From Methanobacterium lacus (GTDB taxonomy: Archaea; Methanobacteriota; Methanobacteria; Methanobacteriales; Methanobacteriaceae), in the NCBI RefSeq assembly GCF_000191585.1, contig NC_015216.1, positions 2,235,557 to 2,267,556 of the forward strand: DNA of 32,000 nucleotides. The letters are read 5' to 3'. How positions within the stretch are numbered: position 1 is the stretch's first letter; every line of letters starts with the position of its first letter. Shown piece by piece: positions 10,255-18,324 of the stretch. The notes beneath the pieces were generated by a model. The model saw only the letters and a list, made by a program, of their open reading frames with translations, was not told where the DNA came from and made no database searches. A program made the position numbers and the translations under genes.

Positions 10255-11328
10255 TTGAACAATTTTAACCTGGAAATCTTCATATTCTTACTCGCATTCT
10301 TATCAACTGCAATTTTCACGTATTTGGTTAAAAAATTCTTGAAGTATGCAGATGTAAAAGACAACCCGATAGTTACTGAACACAGCCATAAAGCTGGTAC
10401 ACCCACAATGGGCGGAATTGCCATTCTCATGGGAGTTTTGTTGATTGCATGTGTGTACTACACAAATTCACAGCTTGTTTTAACAGTTTTAATAATGATG
10501 GTTGCTGGTATTGTTGGTTTGATGGATGATCTAATAGGCCTCAAAACCAAGGAAATTCAGAAAGTTGTTATGAACAAGAGTGCTGAACCAGTTGAAATTG
10601 GAAGATTAACACTCAAAAACGGAGAAAACGCCAGAGTTACCACACCTAAAGCAAAAAAAGATCTTGAAGAGCTTCTTAGAACTGATAAAGTTGAAATCAT
10701 TGGTGAAGCACCTATAAAAAGTGAGATTAAAGAGAATGAAAAAATAGCATCCCAAATTTTGGTTTCACTCTTCTTAGTTGCTTCAGGAGCTGTTGGTGCT
10801 TCAGTTCTTGGTTTCAATATTGGATTGTTGATCATACCCGTGGTGATCTGTGGTATAGTTGGATCAATCAACTCAGTGAATTTGATAGACGGTATGGATG
10901 GACTCGCAGCTGGAATACTGGGAATAGCATCAATTGCTTCGGGACTTTTCGCATTTTCCAAGGGAAACCCAATGGGAGCATTACCATTTATAGTAATAGC
11001 AGGAACATGCTTCGGTTTCTTGGTGTTCAACAGATATCCTGCATCCATATTCATGGGAGACACAGGTTCCTTTGCCCTTGGTGCTGGATATATTACCGCA
11101 GCATTTCTTGGAGACGTCGTATACTTCGCAATCATAGCACTAGCAGTTCCAATAATATCCGTTATCATAAGCCTTCTTCACAGGGCACATGTCATCAAAC
11201 TGCCTGTTGAACCACTCCACCATACACTGCATTACAAGGGACTGTCCGAAAAGAAGATCGTGGCAGTTTACTGGGGAGCAACCATAGTAATTTCAGGTGC
11301 AGCACTCTTCATCTACAACGTGATCTAA
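10255..11328 (+). CDS. MraY-type polyprenyl-phosphate phospho-sugar(-peptide) transferase (pseudomurein MraY homolog)
   Basis: HKAGTPTMGG, MDDLIGLK, NLIDGMDGLAAG, FMGDTGSFALG and PLHHTLHYKG match bacterial MraY signature segments. About 10 hydrophobic helices. TTG start has AGGTGG at 10245-10250. Confidence 0.85.
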   Translation: MNNFNLEIFIFLLAFLSTAIFTYLVKKFLKYADVKDNPIVTEHSHKAGTPTMGGIAILMGVLLIACVYYTNSQLVLTVLIMMVAGIVGLMDDLIGLKTKEIQKVVMNKSAEPVEIGRLTLKNGENARVTTPKAKKDLEELLRTDKVEIIGEAPIKSEIKENEKIASQILVSLFLVASGAVGASVLGFNIGLLIIPVVICGIVGSINSVNLIDGMDGLAAGILGIASIASGLFAFSKGNPMGALPFIVIAGTCFGFLVFNRYPASIFMGDTGSFALGAGYITAAFLGDVVYFAIIALAVPIISVIISLLHRAHVIKLPVEPLHHTLHYKGLSEKKIVAVYWGATIVISGAALFIYNVI

Positions 11329-11357
11329 AAAAAAACTTAGAACATTTAGGGGATAAT

Positions 11358-12818
11358 ATGACAGAATTAACAACTTCCTATCTGGCCAATAAAATCGATG
11401 GAAAATTAACAGGGCCAGATATAGTTATTCAGGGAATTTTCACCTTCTTAAACCATGCAAAACCTGGAGATGCAGTTATTAGACATTGGATCGATGAAAA
11501 GGGTGTGGAAATAGCAAGAAATAGGGGTGTTTCATGTGTTGTTACTCAAAACCCCAAGGGTGATGCCGTGAAAACAGCACAAGAACTTGATTTTCCATTG
11601 ATAATCACCCCAAAAATTGAACTTGCCAATGCATTTGCACTCAGATGGTCCATTGAAAAATTTGCCCCTGGATCCATACGAGTGGTTGTAACAGGCACCA
11701 ATGGAAAGTCAACAACAACCCACATGATACAAAACATACTTAATCATGCAGGTTACAACTGTTACACCAACACAGATTCTAAATCTGAATTTAACACCTT
11801 GATTGACCCTGTTGTTTCTGATCAAATATCACGTTTCAAAGCAAAAACCAAAAAACCCATTGATGCAATGGTGGTAGAAGTTTCAGAAGTTCAGGGATGG
11901 ATGGATAAGCTCATGAAAGATCATGCTTACCTAATGACAGATGCAGTTAAACCAGATGTTCTGGTTCTGACCAACATAACCATGGATCATATTGGTCTAA
12001 TCAATTCCATTGAAGAAACCTACGCCGAGATATACGGAGCCCTGGCTGCAGTAGAAAAATCATGCCAAAATAACTACGCTGTTTTAAATTATGATGATCC
12101 GCTTCTAAGAAAAATGGCTGGAGAAATTGTGACCTGTCCAAGCATAATATCCCACGGTTCTGTTGAACCAGATTTTAATCCGGATCTAACTGTTAAATCC
12201 GACGGAATACACCATGAAGATGAACTGTTTTTAAAGATGGAAGATCTTCCATTTAAAAGTAAGCACTTCCTACAAAATACAATGGCAGCCATAGGTGCGT
12301 GTTTGGCACTGAACATCGATACCAGTGCCATAAAAGCTGGAATTTTGTCTTACAGTCCATTAAACAGAAGATTTTCAATTCTTTACCAAGAACCTTTGAT
12401 AATAGATGATTTCGCCCACAACCCCGACGGAATCACAGCAACCATTAAAAGCGCCTCTGAAATGTCTGAAGGCACCCTGATTATCTTGTTTGCAGTCCGA
12501 GGATCTAGGGGCGAAGTCATAAACCGTTTAAATGCAGAGGCACTTGCATCTGCCCTTCAAGCCGTTGATTACTCCCTGATTATTACAAGCAGTTCTGAAG
12601 TTGTTGACGAGTTGAACACTGTTCATGCCTCTGAAATTGAGGTTGTGAGGAAAGTTATGGATGAACATAAACTAGAACACACCTTCAAAGAAGAACTGGA
12701 AGATGCCCTAAATTACACCTTGAACACCGCAAAAAAGGAAGATACTATTCTATTAATTGGTGCCCAGGGAATGGATCCTGCTAAGGACATTTTAAACCGG
12801 ATAAAAGGTCCAGAATAA
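11358..12818 (+). CDS. Mur ligase family protein (MurE/MurF-like); pseudomurein peptide ligase
   Basis: P-loop VVVTGTNGKSTTTHMI, VVEVSE, LVLTNITMDHIG, DDFAHNPDG. The N-terminal domain resembles the MurF/MurE N-domain (LTGPDIVIQGI...PGDAVI). Confidence 0.85.
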   Translation: MTELTTSYLANKIDGKLTGPDIVIQGIFTFLNHAKPGDAVIRHWIDEKGVEIARNRGVSCVVTQNPKGDAVKTAQELDFPLIITPKIELANAFALRWSIEKFAPGSIRVVVTGTNGKSTTTHMIQNILNHAGYNCYTNTDSKSEFNTLIDPVVSDQISRFKAKTKKPIDAMVVEVSEVQGWMDKLMKDHAYLMTDAVKPDVLVLTNITMDHIGLINSIEETYAEIYGALAAVEKSCQNNYAVLNYDDPLLRKMAGEIVTCPSIISHGSVEPDFNPDLTVKSDGIHHEDELFLKMEDLPFKSKHFLQNTMAAIGACLALNIDTSAIKAGILSYSPLNRRFSILYQEPLIIDDFAHNPDGITATIKSASEMSEGTLIILFAVRGSRGEVINRLNAEALASALQAVDYSLIITSSSEVVDELNTVHASEIEVVRKVMDEHKLEHTFKEELEDALNYTLNTAKKEDTILLIGAQGMDPAKDILNRIKGPE

Positions 12819-12963
12819 AATTAATGAATTTAATACCCTATTTATTTTAAAATACACCCAATATCTGCCTAGTTTAAATCGTGGGGATCAGTTTTACTCA
12901 TTGTCATGGCCATTAGAATGAGAAATTGATAAGTACTACTTGGAAATAATACTTAGTAGATTA

Positions 12964-12975
12964 AGATTTAAATCT
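12964..12975 (+). promoter_or_regulatory. palindromic TATA-like element AGATTTAAATCT; candidate internal promoter of the cell-wall cluster
   Basis: Perfect 12-bp palindrome containing TTTAAAT, about 60 nt upstream of ATG 13032, inside the only large gap (213 bp) between the ligase genes. Confidence 0.35.
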
Positions 12976-13031
12976 GATTAAAAGAAATAATATGGATTAC
13001 AGTGTTTAAAAGATTCTTGTGAGAAATTGTT

Positions 13032-14444
13032 ATGAAGTGTTTAGTAATTGGTGCAGGTAATGCTGGAAGGCCCGTGGCAAGGATATTGAATTATGTTGGG
13101 AACAGCATCCTGATGACAGACAGAAAAAAAATGAATGAATTCCCTCAAAAAGTGCAAGAAACCCTAAAAATAATGGAAAATGAGGGTGTGGAATTAGCGT
13201 TTGATTTTGATAATTTTGAGAGTTTAAAATCTGAAGAAATTGAATATGCATATGTGGCCCCAACTGTGCCTCTGAATGCTCCGGTATGGGAGTTTTTAGC
13301 TGAGAAGAATATTGAGGTGTTGAGCAACGAATATATTTCAGATATCATCAATAAACAGCTTGAAATTGATACAATTGGGATAACAGGAACACTTGGAAAA
13401 ACTAGCACAACCCACACAGTGGCAGAAATTTTCAGAGCTGCAGGTTACAATGTTTGGTCGTGTTCTTCAAGGATGGGAAACCTGTTGAGCGAAGTGATTG
13501 TTGATGGAATAGTTAATGGACTTCATAAAAGCAACGATGTTGCCGTGCTTGAACTGCCCCATGGAACATCCAGGTTGATGTCCAAGGTGGAGCTCAAAGT
13601 GGGAATCATAACCAACATCTTTCCAGATCATCTTGACGAGTTCGATTATTCAATGGAGAAGTATGTTGAAAGGAAATTATTCATCACCCAATCCAGTGAA
13701 ATTCTTATTTCAGGTATTCAATGCAAGGAAAACATAGAATCATTCAGGGACGATGTCATTTACTACTGTCATGAGCATGAGCTTTGCAAGGTTCAGGGAA
13801 CTTTGGAAAATGGTCTGCTCAATATAAATTACAACATTCCAGAATTGGGATTGGAAGGTAATTTCAACACCCCATTCAAACTCAGGGGATACTACTTCGA
13901 TAATTCCATTGGAGCTGCAGCAGCAGCGCTTGCATACGGAATCAGCGAAGAATCTATAAAAAAGGGGTTATCTAATTTTAAAGGTATTGAAGGACATATG
14001 GAATACATTGGAAATTATAAGGACAGGGAAGTTCATTTTGATGCCGCCTTTGTACCTGCAGGACTTATAAATACCCTTGAAAGCTTTGATAGCGAGAATT
14101 TAGTTGTGGTGGTGGATAACCCTGACAGCACCAATCCTCGGGACAAGGTTAAGGTGGGTGAAGTCATTGGCAAATATGCTAAGGTAATAATCTGCAGCGG
14201 ATACAACGAAACAACTAAAAAGTTTGATGTGAAAGCAGCAAACGATGTTATTAAGGGGGCTCAAAAATCACCGGCTATAAAGTTAGCGACCGAAGACATG
14301 TTTGTTGCAGGAGAACTCGCAATCAAACACTCAGAACCAGGTGATATTGTAGTCCATGTTGGGCCTGGAGCCATCACCAACTACGATGATCTCAAATTTA
14401 AAATGATGTCAGGCATTAAAGAAGGGTGTAAAAAATATGATTAA
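13032..14444 (+). CDS. Mur ligase family protein (MurD-like N-domain); pseudomurein peptide ligase
   Basis: Rossmann-like N-terminus MKCLVIGAGNAGRPVARIL, P-loop IGITGTLGKTSTTH, VLELPHGTS, ITNIFPDHLDEF. Confidence 0.85.
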   Translation: MKCLVIGAGNAGRPVARILNYVGNSILMTDRKKMNEFPQKVQETLKIMENEGVELAFDFDNFESLKSEEIEYAYVAPTVPLNAPVWEFLAEKNIEVLSNEYISDIINKQLEIDTIGITGTLGKTSTTHTVAEIFRAAGYNVWSCSSRMGNLLSEVIVDGIVNGLHKSNDVAVLELPHGTSRLMSKVELKVGIITNIFPDHLDEFDYSMEKYVERKLFITQSSEILISGIQCKENIESFRDDVIYYCHEHELCKVQGTLENGLLNINYNIPELGLEGNFNTPFKLRGYYFDNSIGAAAAALAYGISEESIKKGLSNFKGIEGHMEYIGNYKDREVHFDAAFVPAGLINTLESFDSENLVVVVDNPDSTNPRDKVKVGEVIGKYAKVIICSGYNETTKKFDVKAANDVIKGAQKSPAIKLATEDMFVAGELAIKHSEPGDIVVHVGPGAITNYDDLKFKMMSGIKEGCKKYD

Positions 14445-15963
14445 CTCTGAAAACAGGCAGAAACCTGTTTACGGTGTGGTAGGAATCTGTGGAGTTGTTG
14501 GAAACCTAGTTTCCAGGATGTTGATGGACAAAAAATTCAGGGTTATGGGAACAGATATGAGCCCGGCCAAAGGATGCACATTTTTGTACACACTCGAAGA
14601 TTATGATTTTCCCAAATTCCTAGAAAACCATCCCGAATCATTTTTTAGTGATTCAGACATCATCATACCGCCACCCAGCCTAGGTGAAGATTCAGAGTTA
14701 TTCAAGCTAATTTCAGAACATGGCAATGATGTTATGACTGTGGATGATTGTTTAAACCAGTTTAAACCAGATAAACCAGTTCTGTGTGTCAGTGGAACCA
14801 ATGGAAAAACAACCACCACAACGCTGCTTAAACATATATGCCGAACTATGGACCTTAAACCAACGGAACATGGTTTCATCAAACTTCAAGGAAACATAGA
14901 TTACATTCCTCCACTGCAGGCCAGGTTGAAGGGAGATGTTGCAGTTCTTGAAACAGGAACCTTTGGAAACACTGGTGACCTGGAAATTATGATGAAACGC
15001 TGCGAACCTGATTGTGGTGTTTTAACAAATATTAACCCCGACCATCTGGATAAAACCCATGATTTTATTAACTACGCCCGGATCAAAGGAGAATTTGTGG
15101 ACTACTTCCAGAAGAAGAAACTCATCATCAACTCAGACGATCCAACAGTGTGGGGTTTGATAAAAAACCCAGATTCTGTGATAAAGTTTGGAGTGGATAC
15201 AACGACTGAAGATGTGGGTTACAAGGAATGCTGGTGTGGTAATGAAATTGAGATCAACGAAACAATAACAGGATCAGGCTACTACCAATGTGAATGTGGA
15301 CTCAAACGTCCCGAACCAGATTACCTTGCATTTGATGTTGAAGAATCTGAGGGAAGGTTCAAACTCAAAACACCAGATTCTGTTTTTGAAGTGAAAATGA
15401 AGCTCATCGGACTTCACAATGTTTACAATGTCACAGGTGCAATTGTGGCTGCAAGGGAATATTTCAACCTGCCCATGGACAAAATTCTCACTGCAGTTGA
15501 AACCTTTGAAGGGGTTTCCGGAAGAATTGAACATCTCTTCACCCATGAAGAAATGGAAGTTATCCTCGATTATGGACACAACCCCGCAGGAATTGAAACT
15601 GTTTTAAGAGAGCTTAAAAAGGTTTATGAAACCATAACAGTAGTTTTAACAGTTTCTTCCGAATCAGGTGAACATGGAGACGTGGAAATATTTGATAAAG
15701 TGTTGAAGTTTGGAGATTTCATAGTTCCAGCATCCCATGCATCCAGAGTAGTTGCAGAAACCAAGGTTGAAGAAATTGAATCTGGAAAAATTGTGCTGAC
15801 AAGTGAATCCGTGGTTAAATTCGATAAAACTGGAACACTCGGCGCAAGTTCAGACCAAGTGTTAGATGGGATGAAAACTGGTTTGAAATGTAAATCTTCA
15901 GCATTAATATGTCTTGGAGAAGCCGCATTCAAGTATAAAAAATCAATTTTAGAATTGAAATAG
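14437..15963 (+). CDS. Mur ligase family protein (MurC/MurD-like N-domain, CxC...CxC insertion); pseudomurein peptide ligase
   Basis: N-domain VYGVVGICGVVGNLVSRML...GTDM, P-loop LCVSGTNGKTTTTTLL, VLETGTFG, LTNINPDHLD, DYGHNPAG. The ATG overlaps the upstream stop (ATGATTAA). Confidence 0.85.
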   Translation: MINSENRQKPVYGVVGICGVVGNLVSRMLMDKKFRVMGTDMSPAKGCTFLYTLEDYDFPKFLENHPESFFSDSDIIIPPPSLGEDSELFKLISEHGNDVMTVDDCLNQFKPDKPVLCVSGTNGKTTTTTLLKHICRTMDLKPTEHGFIKLQGNIDYIPPLQARLKGDVAVLETGTFGNTGDLEIMMKRCEPDCGVLTNINPDHLDKTHDFINYARIKGEFVDYFQKKKLIINSDDPTVWGLIKNPDSVIKFGVDTTTEDVGYKECWCGNEIEINETITGSGYYQCECGLKRPEPDYLAFDVEESEGRFKLKTPDSVFEVKMKLIGLHNVYNVTGAIVAAREYFNLPMDKILTAVETFEGVSGRIEHLFTHEEMEVILDYGHNPAGIETVLRELKKVYETITVVLTVSSESGEHGDVEIFDKVLKFGDFIVPASHASRVVAETKVEEIESGKIVLTSESVVKFDKTGTLGASSDQVLDGMKTGLKCKSSALICLGEAAFKYKKSILELK

Positions 15964-16097
15964 TTTCTATGAAAAAAAATAATTACATTATGGCATAGTT
16001 TTAAATCTTTTAAAAATAATCTAATTAGATCAGATAAGATCAATAAACATATTAAATATTATAATTTCATATTTCAATGCACTGAAGGTGAATTAGA

Positions 16098-16538
16098 ATG
16101 TTCATAAAAATTAGGAGAGATACCTTAATAATTTTATTACTGGCATTCCTGCTTATATTTTCAGGGAGGGTCATGACTTACATGTCATATGCCTCATCAA
16201 CCACCTCTGATCAGGGAGTTCCAATTTCTGGTGTGATTGTTAAGGGTAACGATATTGTGCCATTAGATTCTATTAAAAATAGTATGGCAAATGTTGGTTT
16301 TAGATCAGGCAGTTACATCCAGGGAGATACTTTAGTCACGTCTAAGCGGCAAGTTCCCTTGAATGAAGCCATAGATAATGCTAAGCAAGCTGTTATGCTG
16401 ACAACGATACCAGGAACGCAGATCACGCCAATTGTTGCGGCCGATGTAGAAGTGGATAATTCAACAGGAATTGTTACAGTGAACGTGATTGAAGACTTCT
16501 CAAACATATACATAAAAGGGCTGAATGGAACATATTAA
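16098..16538 (+). CDS. small N-terminally membrane-anchored extracytoplasmic protein, POTRA-like ectodomain (hypothetical)
   Basis: GAAGGTGA SD upstream of the ATG. One TM helix (LIILLLAFLLIFSG). The ectodomain has the pattern ISGVIVKGNDIVPLDSIKNSM...GIVTVNVIED. Two N-x-S/T sequons. Confidence 0.6.
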   Translation: MFIKIRRDTLIILLLAFLLIFSGRVMTYMSYASSTTSDQGVPISGVIVKGNDIVPLDSIKNSMANVGFRSGSYIQGDTLVTSKRQVPLNEAIDNAKQAVMLTTIPGTQITPIVAADVEVDNSTGIVTVNVIEDFSNIYIKGLNGTY

Positions 16539-16551
16539 GGGGCTGAAATTC

Positions 16552-17811
16552 ATGAAGAGATCAAATTTAGTCGGAATTTTACTGTTCCTAATGACGGTCG
16601 GTATGTTGGTTCACACCTCTGCCGCTACAATGAACGTTGTTGTTATAACAGACCCTACAGGACAGGATCCAAACGGTGCTGCAGCAGGAAGTCAGTCCTG
16701 GGCAGAAAACATGTTCCAGTCCACATTCATCCTTTCAAAAGAAAAACATTTCTGTGTTCTCTCGGGTGGTGAGGGTAACGAAACCCCAAGGCTCGGTGCT
16801 ATTGTGTCAGCTGTGAACAACCTTGAAAATGGAGGAACAGCAGCTTCTGCAGCAACACTTGCAAATGGATTTTCAGGTATTAGGATCATGACTGGAGGAC
16901 CTACCATCGGTGCTGCTGTCGGAGGATACTTCTTAGCATACGTTGTGGTTGTTTCAGATAACGGTACCATCACCATAACTCCCTACAATGGAGGTTTAGC
17001 AGTTCTACCCCCCGGAACTAAGGGAGCTATTATTCACCTGAGAAACACTCCAGGTAACCCTCAGTACGGTACTGCAGATGCTGTGCGTCTACAAACAGCG
17101 GAAATGATGGGCCAAATGATACGGGATGGTTATCCTGCCACAGATGTGGTTGCAGCTGCATTTAAAAATGTTGCAATAAACGCCGGTGAAAAACATGGTG
17201 GAGGTGCTTTAAACCTTGTTTCTGGTATAACAACTGGGGACATGTTCACACCTACCGAATTAAACACCACTGGTTTTTCAATGGATCAACCCTACAGTAA
17301 GATCAGTGATAATGGTTGGAGTGTGGCGTATCCTGAGGCTGCGAATTATGAAGTCAGTCCAATTGATGGATCAAATCTTACAACGGTTTACGCATATCAA
17401 GCACTGCAAAATGCCATAACAGTGGATTCAAACACAACATCGGTAGCTGTTTATGGTACAGATGCACCGGGAGTTGCTTCAACAACCCAAGAAATAGTTC
17501 AGGCATCTGTTTCAAAACATGGTTTTAGTGGAACACAAATTGCAAAGGATATCAACAGCGCAATTTCAAATGGATTGCTAGTTGGGGTAAACAATGTTGA
17601 AGCCAGTGATATCAATGTGAATCAAAATCAAAAAGCTGTTGGTGTGTATTTCAAGGCACTGCCAGATGACAGATCATCCCCACCATGGAACCTACCAATA
17701 AGCTCAAACATACTGAACCTGTTGGGAAACATGCAAACTGCCATAGGAATAATTCTGGTGATACTGGTGTTGTTTAGAAGCACGTTAATATCATCCTTCC
17801 TAAAGAAGTAG
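16552..17811 (+). CDS. exported protein with N-terminal signal peptide and C-terminal TM anchor (hypothetical; possible Ntn-hydrolase-like domain)
   Basis: MKRSNLVGILLFLMTVGMLVHTSAA|T signal-peptide-like N-terminus. C-terminal helix AIGIILVILVLF plus a basic tail. Five N-x-S/T sequons. Gly/Ala/Thr-rich. The ORF-track start at 16525 (overlapping the upstream gene by 14 nt) is an alternative. Confidence 0.65.
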   Translation: MKRSNLVGILLFLMTVGMLVHTSAATMNVVVITDPTGQDPNGAAAGSQSWAENMFQSTFILSKEKHFCVLSGGEGNETPRLGAIVSAVNNLENGGTAASAATLANGFSGIRIMTGGPTIGAAVGGYFLAYVVVVSDNGTITITPYNGGLAVLPPGTKGAIIHLRNTPGNPQYGTADAVRLQTAEMMGQMIRDGYPATDVVAAAFKNVAINAGEKHGGGALNLVSGITTGDMFTPTELNTTGFSMDQPYSKISDNGWSVAYPEAANYEVSPIDGSNLTTVYAYQALQNAITVDSNTTSVAVYGTDAPGVASTTQEIVQASVSKHGFSGTQIAKDINSAISNGLLVGVNNVEASDINVNQNQKAVGVYFKALPDDRSSPPWNLPISSNILNLLGNMQTAIGIILVILVLFRSTLISSFLKK

Positions 17812-17822
17812 TAAAAAAATGC

Positions 17823-17845
17823 GGAATAAATGATGAATTTATTCC
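17823..17845 (+). terminator. hairpin (9-bp stem GGAATAAAT/ATTTATTCC, loop GATGA) followed by a T-rich tract
   Basis: Perfect inverted repeat 12 nt after the stop of the 420-aa gene, followed by ATTTAAATTATTTTTAATT. Confidence 0.4.
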
Positions 17846-17891
17846 ATTTAAATTATTTTTAATTAAAAGATTTTTTATAGGAGAAATTTTT

Positions 17892-18272
17892 ATGGCATTA
17901 ATTTTAATAAGAGCAGAAGACCAAAGTAAACTTTTAAACACCCTCGCAGATATCGAGAGACATGCTGGCCTGAAAATTAGTGGTAAACCCAGGATCATGG
18001 ATTCAAAAAAGGCAGATAACATAGCAACTAAAATTTTGAAACAAAAGATAAGATCCAGATCAGCCATAGCAGTTCTTGTGAAGGTGGTTGACGACACAAC
18101 CAAGAGCATAGTTCACATCAGAAAAATACATCCACCAGCACATGTAGTGGTCATAAGCGAGGAATATGCGGAATTTAAAGAATTAGAAGCTAATTTCAAT
18201 AAATTAAGTCCCCTGAGAGGATATTATTCCCATAAGAGTGAAAAATCTTCTGATTCTAAAAAAGAAGATTGA
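17892..18272 (+). CDS. hypothetical cytoplasmic protein (126 aa)
   Basis: AGGAG SD 8 nt upstream of the ATG. Normal Lys/Glu-rich composition. The competing antisense ORF 17774..18109 has a Leu/Ser/Phe-rich, antisense-like composition. No family recognised. Confidence 0.55.
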   Translation: MALILIRAEDQSKLLNTLADIERHAGLKISGKPRIMDSKKADNIATKILKQKIRSRSAIAVLVKVVDDTTKSIVHIRKIHPPAHVVVISEEYAEFKELEANFNKLSPLRGYYSHKSEKSSDSKKED

Positions 18273-18300
18273 ATTGATAATTCAACATTAAAAAAAAAAA
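18269..18300. terminator. convergent terminator region: hairpin TTGAATT-GAT-AATTCAA plus an A11/T11 run
   Basis: 7-bp inverted repeat overlapping the stop of the 126-aa gene. The A11 run (18290-18300) reads as T11 on the minus strand, about 25 nt past the mbf1 stop. Confidence 0.4.
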
Positions 18301-18324
18301 TTATTTAAGAAAAATAGGGTAAAG

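Noticed and set aside
10557-11168. 203-aa minus-strand ORF, plus 11007..11210 on the plus strand
   Set aside because: Both sit inside the MraY-type gene, whose frame carries all MraY signature motifs. They are shadow frames.
15624-16043. 139-aa minus-strand ORF
   Set aside because: Mostly antisense to the C-terminal domain of the third Mur-type ligase. No motifs, and antisense-like composition.
17830-17836. ATGATGA C-box-like heptamer after the exported-protein gene
   Set aside because: It forms the loop and stem edge of the 9-bp terminator-like hairpin, and no D box (CTGA) follows.
17774-18109. 111-aa minus-strand ORF competing with the 126-aa plus-strand gene
   Set aside because: The plus-strand ORF has an AGGAG SD and normal composition. 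The minus-strand ORF is Leu/Ser/Phe/Ile-rich and would overlap the end of the exported-protein gene.
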